Notes under the pieces: model-generated
Told to the model about the DNA's origin: nothing
Database searches by the model: none
The model's input: only the letters and a program-made list of their open reading frames with translations
Assembly (NCBI GenBank): GCA_045593065.1
Contig: JAZNVZ010000007.1
Span: forward strand, 89,724-153,723
Direction of reading: 5' to 3'
DNA: 64,000 bases
From: Candidatus Enterousia sp.
GTDB taxonomy: Bacteria; Pseudomonadota; Alphaproteobacteria; Rs-D84
In this document: piece by piece, positions 8,898-19,036 of the stretch
Numbering within the stretch: the stretch's first letter is position 1
Layout: every line of letters begins with the position of its first letter
Position numbers and translations under genes: made by a program

Positions 8898-9860
8898 TTA
8901 TTCTTCGTATTCAGTTTTATCTGCATCATTGATGTATTCAGCATCCGCCGCATCTTCGCGCAATAAAAACGCAAATACAGAACGCGCAACCTGGACCGCG
9001 CCCTTGACAGGCGATGTTATGATTTTACCCAATGTTTGGATAAAACTGGTTGGTAATTCGAAATCTTGACCTTCGAATTTTTCATCTGTGCCAAAGAAAT
9101 GTTTTTTATACACCGCATCCATGTTTTTAGTTTGCAGCATAACAAACACATCATACGAATTAAACGGTTTATCAATAAACACACCACGACCAAATGTTGC
9201 ATTGATACGCAAATAGCCCTTGACCAATGGGGTCATTTGACGCATTGCCTCGGCCCGGTCAACAAACACGCGTGGCAATATATTCATACGGGTCAATTTT
9301 GGATTTACACCGTCAACCAATTTTGTTGTATCAACCGTTGCACGCAATGCCAATGGCGACAAATGATTGTAATACAAATAAGAAATCGCCTGGGCAGACA
9401 TAGCCGGGTTTGTGCCAGGCCACGATGCAACACCAAACACAATTCCAATTTTATTACGAACAATATAATCACCTAAACCAACCCACAACAATCGCATAAC
9501 CAATGAATTATCGCGATATTCTGGGGCAACGCACGCACGCGACATTTCGGCAATATTTGCACCAGATTTTTTAATTTTAGAAATATCAAATTCGCTTTCT
9601 GTGTAAAAACCACCCATTTTTTCCGCAGCATCACGATTTATAATTCGATATGTACCAACAACCGCCCCATTGTGAAACACCGCCAAATATTCGGCGAAAC
9701 GGTCATAAGAGTCATATTCTTCGCGTAATTGTTTTTGTTCTTCGGTGGCAGATGCGCCTTCTTCTTCGACAAAGCATTTATAACGCAATGCGCGCACCTG
9801 GCGGCGTTCTTCCTTGGTACGAGTCATACGAACCTCGAAATCGCGAACTTTTATAGTCAT
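8898..9860 (-). CDS. olsB: ornithine-acyl-ACP N-acyltransferase OlsB-like (GNAT/hemolysin-like)
   Basis: N-terminus FEVRMTRTKEERRQVRALRYKCFVEEEG matches the OlsB signature (LEVRLAR..AEI.AAQ.LRY.VFYEE.G). Its length is ~300 aa and the OlsA-like gene is adjacent. Confidence 0.65.
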   Translation of the reverse strand: MTIKVRDFEVRMTRTKEERRQVRALRYKCFVEEEGASATEEQKQLREEYDSYDRFAEYLAVFHNGAVVGTYRIINRDAAEKMGGFYTESEFDISKIKKSGANIAEMSRACVAPEYRDNSLVMRLLWVGLGDYIVRNKIGIVFGVASWPGTNPAMSAQAISYLYYNHLSPLALRATVDTTKLVDGVNPKLTRMNILPRVFVDRAEAMRQMTPLVKGYLRINATFGRGVFIDKPFNSYDVFVMLQTKNMDAVYKKHFFGTDEKFEGQDFELPTSFIQTLGKIITSPVKGAVQVARSVFAFLLREDAADAEYINDADKTEYEE

Positions 9861-9926
9861 TTCTTGTTTATCCTTTTATCAATATAGATTACAGATTAGC
9901 AAAGAAATGCCCACATAGCAACAGTT

Positions 9927-10958
9927 TTATTTTAATTTATTAGACAATTCTGCAATCGCGATTGCGTACCAATTTGAATTATTCCATTTTTTAATACGAT
10001 AGAAATTTGGGTATGTTAAATATGCAACCTTGTAAGATTGTGCATCAACATCGTTATCAGGCGATGACACCATATTAAATGCACCAGTATCATTATTATC
10101 TGCAACCAAACCAACCACAATATCTGTGCGATTTAACGGGGTGCCATCGGCGCGCACAACACCCATATCTGCCCATTTAGAATACGAATATTTTTTGTCG
10201 CCGTTTGTTAAACCTGTATCAAAATCCGCGGGAATCAAAACTTTTTGCACAATCGGTTCGTTTGCCGCCCAGCCCAATTTACCCAGATAATTGCCGGCAC
10301 TGAACATTGCGTCACTGACATTGTTTATAATATCAATTTTGCCGTCACCATTACCGTCTGTGCCGTATGCCGCAAGTGTTGTTGGAATAAATTGGAAATG
10401 CCCCATGGCACCTGCCCAACTGCCATGAATACTGTTTATATCCAACTGATTTGTATCGGCAATTTTCATCAATGCCAACAGTTGTTTTGTGAAAAATGTT
10501 TCACGCCGTCCATCATACATCAATGTAAAGAAAGCGTCTTTTAATCGATATGCAGATTTTACCGCGCCATAATTGGATTCCATTCCCCAAAACGCCAGAA
10601 TTACATTTTGTGGCACACCATATCTGGCAAAAGTTTTATTCAACAATGTTGGATATTTTTTTGCCATTGCACGACCAGAACGCACGCGTTCGGCACTGAC
10701 TGTGCGCCCCAGATAATCGTTTAATGTCAATTTGAATTCACTTTGGTTTTTGTCGTTATAAACGATTTTTGGAATAAAGACCGGCCCTTTTAATGTTGCA
10801 TCGATTGTTGCCGCAGAAATGTTATCGCGCTGTGCGGCTGTGCGAACAGAATCTTGCAATTCATTCCAACGGTCAAAATCAAAATCACCATTTGCCGATG
10901 CCACACCAGACATCATGGCAAACAACGCGCTATAAAACAATACGCCAAATTTTTTCAT
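9927..10958 (-). CDS. mltB: lytic murein transglycosylase (MltB family)
   Basis: Signal peptide; ILAFWGMESNYG catalytic Glu motif; AGAMGHFQFIPTT. The ORF may start at M1 (10970) or at MKKFGV. Confidence 0.7.
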   Translation of the reverse strand: MKKFGVLFYSALFAMMSGVASANGDFDFDRWNELQDSVRTAAQRDNISAATIDATLKGPVFIPKIVYNDKNQSEFKLTLNDYLGRTVSAERVRSGRAMAKKYPTLLNKTFARYGVPQNVILAFWGMESNYGAVKSAYRLKDAFFTLMYDGRRETFFTKQLLALMKIADTNQLDINSIHGSWAGAMGHFQFIPTTLAAYGTDGNGDGKIDIINNVSDAMFSAGNYLGKLGWAANEPIVQKVLIPADFDTGLTNGDKKYSYSKWADMGVVRADGTPLNRTDIVVGLVADNNDTGAFNMVSSPDNDVDAQSYKVAYLTYPNFYRIKKWNNSNWYAIAIAELSNKLK

Positions 10959-10980
10959 ATCATAAACCACCTATTTATTT

Positions 10981-12429
10981 CTAGAATGAATATTTTACAC
11001 CCAAATGCAAGCCAAAAGAACGCCAGGTCGCTTCTTTTAATGCGTCTGTTACGTGTTCTGTGGATGCGGGGTATCTTGTTGCAACAATATCATAATCATT
11101 GTTACCAACGGGCACCTCGGTATATTCGGTATATTCTGCCCAATAAATTTCGCCACCAATTTTTCCAACATGGAAATAATTTGTATCGGCCTTGATTGAT
11201 AAATGTAATCTGTCAGACAATTTCAAATCATATTCCATTTCCAATGAATATGCCAATGCACCGTTGTCGCCTTCGTCCAAGAAACTGGGGTTTTGTTGCC
11301 AATCTGTACGATTTGGCCATATACCTTCGGATGAATATTTCGGCATACTGATTTGACCATAGAAACGCAATTTATCGGTCAATGTCATTTGTTTTTCAAT
11401 TTCTAATCCAATATAAAATCCAGACCATGTTGTGTTATATTCATGCGTTTTCCCAGATACCAAAATTGGGCCATCACCACCAATTACAACACATTCGTCT
11501 GGGCCTACACCCCATGGCACATAAGGATTCGCCGCATCATACACATAATCAGACACGGTTAATGAATTATCAACATTTACATTTGCAACCTGAATTTGTT
11601 CGGGTGACACACAGACCTGGTAATAATTATCAACATAGTTTTCGGCCTGGTCCACAGGAATTGAATAATAAACACTCAAATCATTCGGGTCGCCAAACAC
11701 ATAATTTCCGTCTGCGGTCATTAATGGAATATAGACACCTTGGTTTGGATAATAATGATTACCCATTTCCAAATTATGTTTGAATATTTCGTATCCAATA
11801 ATTGGGGTCAATTTCCAACCAGCGATACTCCAAATATTTCGTGCACCAACACCAAAACGCATGTGATGACTTTCGCCACTTTGGTCGCCAACAGAAATTG
11901 TAAATATACCATCGTTTGGTCTGGAATCATCATACGGTCGCAAATCATAATCCATCGACAAACCCCCAGATGACATCTTGCCGTATGTATATTCGCCAAA
12001 TGCAGTTAAATCAAAATTACGCACAGTAAAATTATAACGACCACCAACCTGGAATTCGTTAAACATCATGTCGTCCCATTCCAGAACAGAATTAACACTG
12101 GTGGTAAATTCAAAATCTGCGAAACGGCGGTTATACCCACCATACACATAAAAACCGTTATTGGTCGCCGCCGGTTGTGCAATTCCGTTCGCCGTTACCA
12201 TACCCGCATAACCGGGAACACTTGTACCTTTTGGAACGCGGTAAGAGTATGTATTGGAAGAAACAACCTGTTTGTTGGTCGGCAAATAACTGGCTTGGGA
12301 CACATTTTGATAATTCGAACGCGCCACAGAACCGTAATTTTGATAATAAGGCGGCACCCCTTCGTTGCTGGCCAACGCGGGCGATACGGCGCAGATTCCC
12401 AATAAAAATGCAATACTATCCTTCCTCAT
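10981..12429 (-). CDS. outer membrane beta-barrel protein (Tyr/Gly-rich)
   Basis: Signal peptide MRKDSIAFLLGICAVSPALA. Alternating hydrophobic beta-strand pattern. C-terminus ...LGVKYSF ends in an aromatic residue. Confidence 0.55.
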   Translation of the reverse strand: MRKDSIAFLLGICAVSPALASNEGVPPYYQNYGSVARSNYQNVSQASYLPTNKQVVSSNTYSYRVPKGTSVPGYAGMVTANGIAQPAATNNGFYVYGGYNRRFADFEFTTSVNSVLEWDDMMFNEFQVGGRYNFTVRNFDLTAFGEYTYGKMSSGGLSMDYDLRPYDDSRPNDGIFTISVGDQSGESHHMRFGVGARNIWSIAGWKLTPIIGYEIFKHNLEMGNHYYPNQGVYIPLMTADGNYVFGDPNDLSVYYSIPVDQAENYVDNYYQVCVSPEQIQVANVNVDNSLTVSDYVYDAANPYVPWGVGPDECVVIGGDGPILVSGKTHEYNTTWSGFYIGLEIEKQMTLTDKLRFYGQISMPKYSSEGIWPNRTDWQQNPSFLDEGDNGALAYSLEMEYDLKLSDRLHLSIKADTNYFHVGKIGGEIYWAEYTEYTEVPVGNNDYDIVATRYPASTEHVTDALKEATWRSFGLHLGVKYSF

Positions 12430-12534
12430 ACACTCTTTCTATTATGTGATAATTATATCATAAAAAACACCCATAAAAAAGCATTTTATGATTTACTGGA
12501 TTTTTTTATTCTTTGGATTACCATACACATTACT

Positions 12535-13584
12535 ATGATTGCCCATAATATCTATATTCATGTGCCTTTTTGTGTTTCAAAATGCAATTATTGCGCGTTT
12601 TTTTCACGCGCAGTTGCCCCAGATTGGGAATCTTATCTGGGTGGCATTTGCCAAGAAATCGATTTTTGGGCAACAAAATTAGGGCAATTTTCTGTCCCAA
12701 CTGTATTTTTTGGTGGCGGCACCCCCAGTTTAATGCCAATCAATGTGTTTGATAAAATAATGCAACATTTGCGCAAAAATTTCGATTTATCTGGGTGCTG
12801 CGAAATTACATTAGAATCAAACCCAGGTACAATTACCCCGGAAAAACTGCGCGATTTTATTAGTTGCGGTATCACACGGTTGTCCATTGGAATACAATCA
12901 CTGAATGATGATGAATTGATTTTTCTGGGGCGGCGACATGATGTAAAAACAGCATTAAATTTGCTAGATGCGGCACAAAAAACAAATGTTGAAATCAGTG
13001 CAGATTTTATTTATGGAATGCCAAACCATGGCGTTAAAAACATCGTATCAATGTGCAATCAAATCAATAATTTGGGGTTAAATCATGTGTCTTTGTACGA
13101 ATTAACAATCGAAAAAAACACCCCGTTCGGGCATATGAATTTACGCATGCCAACAAATGAAGAAATGGCAGATATGTATATTGCTATTCAAAACAATTTA
13201 AATTTACCCAGGTACGAGGTTTCTAATTATGCCAAGCCCGGCCACGAATGCAAACACAACCAAAACATTTGGGATGGGGATGCGTATATTGGCATAGGAC
13301 ATGGGGCCATGGGACGCGTGTTTATGGATGACACATGGTACGAACAATCTGGGGGCGACATACAATATTCTGCAATTTCAAACGATGTGCGCGCCACAGA
13401 AAAAATTATTACTGGGTTGCGTACCACGCGTGGGGTTGCCATGACCCCAGACATACAAAATGTTCTTGATATAAATTTTATAAATTCACATAATTCATTG
13501 GTTCAAATTAAAAACAATCGACTGTGCGCAACAGACCAAGGGATGATGATACTGGACGATTTGTTGGTGAATATAACAAGGTAG
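12535..13584 (+). CDS. hemW: radical SAM heme chaperone HemW (HemN-like, oxygen-independent coproporphyrinogen oxidase family)
   Basis: IYIHVPFCVSKCNYCAF CxxxCxxC radical-SAM motif; GGGTPS; HemN C-terminal domain. Confidence 0.8.
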   Translation: MIAHNIYIHVPFCVSKCNYCAFFSRAVAPDWESYLGGICQEIDFWATKLGQFSVPTVFFGGGTPSLMPINVFDKIMQHLRKNFDLSGCCEITLESNPGTITPEKLRDFISCGITRLSIGIQSLNDDELIFLGRRHDVKTALNLLDAAQKTNVEISADFIYGMPNHGVKNIVSMCNQINNLGLNHVSLYELTIEKNTPFGHMNLRMPTNEEMADMYIAIQNNLNLPRYEVSNYAKPGHECKHNQNIWDGDAYIGIGHGAMGRVFMDDTWYEQSGGDIQYSAISNDVRATEKIITGLRTTRGVAMTPDIQNVLDINFINSHNSLVQIKNNRLCATDQGMMILDDLLVNITR

Positions 13585-13590
13585 ATAAAC

Positions 13591-15576
13591 ATGGAACATA
13601 AATGGATGAACATTATTGGAATTTGTGCGGTTGCACTCTGTTTAATTTTAAGTTTTTTTATTACACACAAGGAGAAAAAAATGCAAATTGGTATTGATTT
13701 GAAAAACATGGATTTGACCACAATCGCAGGTGATGATTTTTATGATTATGCAACGCGCGGTTGGCGTGATGCAAATCCGTTGCCAAATGATTATGTGCGT
13801 TATGGGTCTTTTGATGTTTTGGCAAATACTAATTTGGAACGCGTGCGCGAAATTGCAGAACAAGACAGTGGAAAAATTGGCAAACTGTATAAAATTGCAA
13901 TGGATGAAAAAAAATTAAATGCCGATGGGGTGGCACCTGTACAAAAATATATCGCCGAAATTGATGCGATAAAATCGCGCGATGAAATACCTGGGTTTCT
14001 TGGGAAATTTCACTCTTATTGCGGTGGTTTTTTTCATGATGGTGTCGGGTTAGACGAAAAAGACAGCGAACATTATTTATACAACATCGGTCAAGGCGGA
14101 ATTGGTCTGTCGCGTGATTATTATTTTGATACCGACAACAAATCAAAACAGGTTCGTGAAAAATATATCGAATACATAAACAAACAAATGGCGAATTTTG
14201 GTATCCCAGTTGACGCTAAAAAATTATATGCCCTGGAAGAACGCATGGCAAAATCTTTCTATAAAAAAGAAAAATTACGCGACCCGATTGCAAACTATCA
14301 CAAAATGAGTATTGATGAATTGCGCAAAACATTACCTGGATTTGATTGGAACGCATATTTTGCCGCGCGCGAAATTGCACCAAAATTTGTTAATGTAAAT
14401 CAAATCGAACCAATCGCAGAATCTATCAAAATTATAAATGACACAGATTTAGATTTGTTAAAAACATATCTAAAATTACGTTTGATAAATTCATCTGTGG
14501 GTGCATTAGATGACAAAACATACGACATTGCATTCGATTTCTTTAACAGAACAATGTCTGGTCAAGACCAGAAAAAACCACGGTGGAAACGCGCCGTGGG
14601 AATGTTAAACGGCAGTTTGGGCGAAGAAATTGGCCGTCTGTACACAAAAAAATATTTTCCCCAATCTGCAAAAAAACGCATGGAAAAATTGGTTAAAAAT
14701 TTGCAAGCAGCATTAAAAATGCGTATAGAAAACCTGGGGTGGATGTCAAACGAAACAAAACATCAAGCATTAGAAAAATTGAGCACATTCCGTGCAAAAA
14801 TCGGGTATCCTGATGTTTGGCGCGATTATTCTAAATTAGAAATTAAAAATGATTCTTTGTTTGAAAACATGGTGCGTGTTGATAAATTCGAAGACAGATT
14901 TTGGTTGGATAAAATCGAACAGAAAAAAGACCCAAACATTTGGTACATGAATGCGCACGAGGTTAATGCATATTATGACCCAACAACAAACGAAATTTGT
15001 TTTCCCGCAGGGATTTTACAATACCCGTTCTTTGATATGGCGGCAGACGATGCGTTTAATTACGGTGCAATCGGCAGTGTTATTGGACATGAAATGACAC
15101 ATGGATTTGATGACATGGGGCGACAATTTGATAAAAACGGAAATATGCGCGATTGGTGGACAGAAAATGATGCAAAATCTTTTACCGAGCGCGCAAATGT
15201 TATGCGGGATTTTTTCAACAACATTATTGTTGCGCCAAACACACATGCAAATGGTGAATTTACATTGGGTGAAAATTTGGCGGACTATGGTGGCATTACT
15301 GTTGCATACACGGCATTCACAAACTTTGGCACGCGCAGCGATATGGTTCACGATTTAACCGATACCCAGAGATTCTTTATCGCGTACGCCATGACCGAGG
15401 CCGGCAATATTCGGGACGAAGAAGTTTTGCGCCGCACAAAAACAGACGAACATTCTTTGTCGCGATGGCGCGTGAATGGGATATTACCACACATTGATGC
15501 ATGGTACGATGCGTTTGGGGTTAATGACAAAAACAAATTATATGTCGCCCCAGAAAAACGCGTCAAGATATGGTAA
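13591..15576 (+). CDS. pepO: M13 family zinc metallopeptidase (neprilysin/PepO-like), type II membrane anchored
   Basis: N-terminal TM; HEMTHGFDD (HExxH); GENLADYGG (ENxADxGG); NAYY. Confidence 0.85.
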   Translation: MEHKWMNIIGICAVALCLILSFFITHKEKKMQIGIDLKNMDLTTIAGDDFYDYATRGWRDANPLPNDYVRYGSFDVLANTNLERVREIAEQDSGKIGKLYKIAMDEKKLNADGVAPVQKYIAEIDAIKSRDEIPGFLGKFHSYCGGFFHDGVGLDEKDSEHYLYNIGQGGIGLSRDYYFDTDNKSKQVREKYIEYINKQMANFGIPVDAKKLYALEERMAKSFYKKEKLRDPIANYHKMSIDELRKTLPGFDWNAYFAAREIAPKFVNVNQIEPIAESIKIINDTDLDLLKTYLKLRLINSSVGALDDKTYDIAFDFFNRTMSGQDQKKPRWKRAVGMLNGSLGEEIGRLYTKKYFPQSAKKRMEKLVKNLQAALKMRIENLGWMSNETKHQALEKLSTFRAKIGYPDVWRDYSKLEIKNDSLFENMVRVDKFEDRFWLDKIEQKKDPNIWYMNAHEVNAYYDPTTNEICFPAGILQYPFFDMAADDAFNYGAIGSVIGHEMTHGFDDMGRQFDKNGNMRDWWTENDAKSFTERANVMRDFFNNIIVAPNTHANGEFTLGENLADYGGITVAYTAFTNFGTRSDMVHDLTDTQRFFIAYAMTEAGNIRDEEVLRRTKTDEHSLSRWRVNGILPHIDAWYDAFGVNDKNKLYVAPEKRVKIW

Positions 15577-15583
15577 AAAAAAC

Positions 15584-15610
15584 CTCGCATTTTAATGCGA
15601 GATTTTTTTA
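15584..15610. terminator. bidirectional terminator between pepO and HU gene
   Basis: CTCGCAT-TTTA-ATGCGAG hairpin flanked by A8 and T7 runs. Confidence 0.6.
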
Positions 15611-15895
15611 TTTATTTCCAACGCGTTCACGAAATTCTGTACTGGGGCGGAAAGATGCCACACGGCGCGCAGAAATCACAGCCGGCACACCTGTTTTTGG
15701 ATTGCGCCCGATACGCGCAGATTTTGTTAAAATCTTGAATGTGCCAAAACCAGAAAATTTGACATCTTCGCCATGCGCCAATGCGCCGCCGATTTCATCA
15801 AAAATTATATCTATCATTTTATAGGCATCTGTTGCAGTTAAACCAAATTTATCACGCAAAACATTTGCCAAATCATTACGAGTGATAGTTGCCAT
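15608..15895 (-). CDS. HU/IHF family DNA-binding protein
   Basis: GFGTFKI...RIGRNPKTG motif typical of the HU/IHF beta-arm; 95 aa. Confidence 0.8.
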   Translation of the reverse strand: MATITRNDLANVLRDKFGLTATDAYKMIDIIFDEIGGALAHGEDVKFSGFGTFKILTKSARIGRNPKTGVPAVISARRVASFRPSTEFRERVGNK

Positions 15896-16019
15896 TTTAA
15901 ATTTCCCTTTGTTTTTTCTTGATTATTATACAATGGCGCACATAAAAATCAACCTTTATTTGTTTTTAATGTGGGGGTATTGATTTTGTTTTTTTATTGG
16001 GTTAAAATATTGCCTGTCT

Positions 16020-16095
16020 GTCCCCATAGTTCAACTGGATAGAACGGGGGTTTCCTAAACCTCTGATGCAGGTTCGATTCCTGCTGGGGATACCA
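16020..16095 (+). tRNA. tRNA-Arg (anticodon CCT)
   Basis: 76 nt: GTCCCCA acceptor, GTTC-AACTGGATA-GAAC D-arm, GGGGT-TTCCTAA-ACCTC anticodon arm, GCAGG-TTCGATT-CCTGC T-arm, TGGGGAT-A-CCA. Track ORFs overlapping this on the minus strand are spurious. Confidence 0.8.
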
Positions 16096-16218
16096 TCCGC
16101 TTGTGCTTACGCCATGGCGAGATGTAATGAATGCAGTACACGAAAACGAACATCGTGAAGTTTGAGTGATAACAAGTGCCACGCAGGGTTTCGTGGCACA
16201 TTGAAAAAAGGAAACCGC

Positions 16219-16551
16219 ATGAAAAACAAAGCCGTTAAAATTGGAATTGTTGCAACTGTGTTGCCACACTTGTTTTGCTGTGTATTACCAATCATATTGT
16301 CAATCATCGGTTTATTTGCCCCAGAGGTTGCACACGATTCACACATATTGCCAGAATGGTTGGAACCATGGATTTTTGTTTTTTCAGCATTAATGTTGGG
16401 GTTGTCTTGGATTTTTGTTTTGCGCGATTGCCCATGCAAATGCGACCGTTGCCACCCAGAATCTAATCACAGACCACAAAAAATTATTTTAATGGTTATA
16501 ACTGTTTTATTCGTGATTAGTATTGCGCTGCATATAATGGCACACCATTAA
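16219..16551 (+). CDS. MerT-like three-TM metal transport protein (orphan)
   Basis: RBS AAAGGAAACC then ATG at 16219. TM1 carries a CC pair (LFCCVLPIIL) as in MerT. The TM2-TM3 loop carries a Cys cluster (DCPCKCDRCH). Three TM helices in about 110 aa. Confidence 0.5.
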   Translation: MKNKAVKIGIVATVLPHLFCCVLPIILSIIGLFAPEVAHDSHILPEWLEPWIFVFSALMLGLSWIFVLRDCPCKCDRCHPESNHRPQKIILMVITVLFVISIALHIMAHH

Positions 16552-16664
16552 ATAAACTGAACATGAATTTATATCAAAACAACGCGTTATTTTCGCGCTG
16601 TTTTTTTATTTGTTTTATGACCTAAAATATGATAAAATATTTATAAAAAGTAGGAGTGATATCG

Positions 16665-18980
16665 ATGAAAAGATTAGTTGTTGTTTTAAGCAGTTTGTTG
16701 GTTTTGCCCGCATTTGCAGAGGTTGCACCGTCTTTCTATGATGAAGAATTGGTGTTCGCTGATGCAGAATTCGGTGATGTTGACCCAGACATTGCAGACC
16801 AAGACCAAGAACCTGTGGCAAAACCCCAGGCCGCAAAAAAGCCCACGGTGGCAAACGCACGCAGCGCGACAAACACCCGCGCAACAACCGCGCGTACAAC
16901 AACAACCAGATCTGGGGTATCTGCACGCGTTCCAACAATACGCGCAAATACCACGACATCACGCGCAATATCTGGTCGTACATCATCTGCAACAACACCT
17001 GTACGCGCAACACCTGGGGTGTCTGCACGGCGTACGGGAACATATGGAAACACAAATGCACGCAGTGGCACCAAGGCACGTGCTGGGGTCGTTAACACAA
17101 CAACCAGATTATACAATGCAAACAATGCAACCGTGCAACAGCGCGGCAGTTCTGTTGGTGTCAGTGCCAGAAACAATACAATGCGTGCCGCGACATTAAC
17201 AACAACCACAACCGCAGACGATGTCATCGAAACAACAAATAATTTGGATACATTAAAATCTTTGACCGAATATTGCCAGACACAATACGCAACATGTATG
17301 GATAATTATTGCAATGTGTTGGACGATAACCAAGGACGTTGTTCTTGCTCTAAGAATTTATCAAATTATGAAAAGACCGAGGCCGCATTGCAATCTGCAA
17401 CCGAGGCATTACAAGATGTCGCACGCGCAATTCAATATATCGGTTTGACATCCGAACAAATTACAACACTGTTTGACGAAACCGAAGCCGAATTGACAAT
17501 GAAAAACCAAAAAGACAATTCCGCAATTCGTTCCGATTTGGACAAGGTTAAACGCATGATTGTTGATGTTAAATCTGGGACATCTACGGCATCTGTTGAC
17601 ACAGGTGGATTGAATCTGGATTTGTCTGGATTGTTAGATTTTACTATCGACAGTACCGGATTTGACCTATCTTCATTTATGACCAATACGACAAACACAA
17701 ACAGTATTTCAAATCAACGCGGCGAATCTTTGTTCAAAACCGCAACCGCGCGTTGCAAGGCATCTGTGTTGAATTCTTGCGTTGCCCAAGGGGTAGATGC
17801 CGCCATGATAACAAATTCTTATGATTTGGAAATTGACAAGTCATGTTTGGCATATGAACGCGCATTAAAAGATTCAAATACACAAATGACACAAACAGTT
17901 GCAAACGCAAAAGAAGTTTTGAAAAAAGCACGTTTGATGGTTGCACAAAATAAAAACGCATACGATTTACGCGGATGCGTCAGTGCATTGGAATCATGTA
18001 TGCAAGATGATTATGTATGCGGCAGTGATTACGAAAACTGTTTAGACCCAATCGGCCAATACATTGTAAACGGTGCCGTGGTCGTAGGTAGCATGCCAGG
18101 AAATAATACAGAAGGCGAAGACATCAGTTCAAGTTATTCCAATGATAATTTATTTAGGACATGGACTATCAATGCACAGAATCCTTGGGTTGCACAAACA
18201 AACTCCTCAAGTACTGATGCTAGTGATGATAATCCTAAATACAGCTCATTAGCAGATTATGTAGAAAGTAATGTGACTGCGGCGGCACCAAAGAAATCTT
18301 CTGACAAAATGATTAACTTTTTGCAGAACAAAATTGGTTGGCACGACAGCAAAAACAACAAAGATTATGGTATGTGTATGAGTGTATTAAATCAATGCCA
18401 AAAATACACATACGAAACCAAGGGCAATAAAACAACATACAATCCTGAAAATGATGTTATCAAGAATTTCTTGCAACGCGCATTGGTTCAAATCAAGGCA
18501 AAACAAGATGAATTATTGGCATCATACGGCGAAGATTGTATTAGCGATGTTCAAAGTTGTTTGTCCACAAACAATTACGATGAAAATTTGCCACAAAGCA
18601 CAAAAAGCCGTGCAGCAATCAATTCTTGCTATGCACAAATAAAAACATGTATGTCAATCAATGGCAATATCTATGGTTCGGTTACCCCGACCGAACTGCA
18701 AACATGGGTGACGGGCACATACAGTGCGATTGAATCAGTATCCACCCAGGCGGATTTAGATGCAGTGTGCGCTAACATCACTGACCCAGACACATGCAAT
18801 AACGCCAAAGTATATGTTGTTAGTTGCACTGGCAATACCAGTACATTAACACAAAATGTTTGTACATATAACGAGACATCTGGGTCATGTTCCAGAAAAG
18901 TTACTACTACTAATAGTATTCCGACACAATGTCCGGAGCCGACCACGGAGCCGACCACGGAGCCGACCACGGAACCGTAA
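16665..18980 (+). CDS. secreted cysteine-rich protein with Arg/Thr-rich low-complexity region and C-terminal (PEPTTE)n tail
   Basis: AGGAG RBS 8 nt upstream of the ATG at 16665 (the track start 16656 is GTG). Signal peptide MKRLVVVLSSLLVLPAFA. Residues ~60-190 are R/T/A/S-rich with three GVSAR motifs. About 30 Cys follow, and the protein ends with TEPTTEPTTEPTTEP. Confidence 0.6.
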   Translation: MKRLVVVLSSLLVLPAFAEVAPSFYDEELVFADAEFGDVDPDIADQDQEPVAKPQAAKKPTVANARSATNTRATTARTTTTRSGVSARVPTIRANTTTSRAISGRTSSATTPVRATPGVSARRTGTYGNTNARSGTKARAGVVNTTTRLYNANNATVQQRGSSVGVSARNNTMRAATLTTTTTADDVIETTNNLDTLKSLTEYCQTQYATCMDNYCNVLDDNQGRCSCSKNLSNYEKTEAALQSATEALQDVARAIQYIGLTSEQITTLFDETEAELTMKNQKDNSAIRSDLDKVKRMIVDVKSGTSTASVDTGGLNLDLSGLLDFTIDSTGFDLSSFMTNTTNTNSISNQRGESLFKTATARCKASVLNSCVAQGVDAAMITNSYDLEIDKSCLAYERALKDSNTQMTQTVANAKEVLKKARLMVAQNKNAYDLRGCVSALESCMQDDYVCGSDYENCLDPIGQYIVNGAVVVGSMPGNNTEGEDISSSYSNDNLFRTWTINAQNPWVAQTNSSSTDASDDNPKYSSLADYVESNVTAAAPKKSSDKMINFLQNKIGWHDSKNNKDYGMCMSVLNQCQKYTYETKGNKTTYNPENDVIKNFLQRALVQIKAKQDELLASYGEDCISDVQSCLSTNNYDENLPQSTKSRAAINSCYAQIKTCMSINGNIYGSVTPTELQTWVTGTYSAIESVSTQADLDAVCANITDPDTCNNAKVYVVSCTGNTSTLTQNVCTYNETSGSCSRKVTTTNSIPTQCPEPTTEPTTEPTTEP

Positions 18981-18985
18981 AAAAA

Positions 18986-19014
18986 CGCCCCCGCGAAAGC
19001 GGGGGTTTGTTTTG
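18986..19014. terminator. bidirectional rho-independent terminator (shared by the Cys-rich gene and mraZ)
   Basis: CCCCCGC-GAAA-GCGGGGG hairpin followed by TTTGTTTT; A-run upstream. Confidence 0.65.
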
Positions 19015-19036
19015 CTAATATTTTGGCATAAAATTT

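Noticed and set aside
16714-17227. 161-163 aa ORFs on both strands (16714..17199 + and 16736..17227 -) at the start of the Cys-rich secreted gene
   Set aside because: They arise from the GC-rich, stop-poor RT-repeat DNA. They sit inside a well-supported signal-peptide ORF that has a strong RBS.
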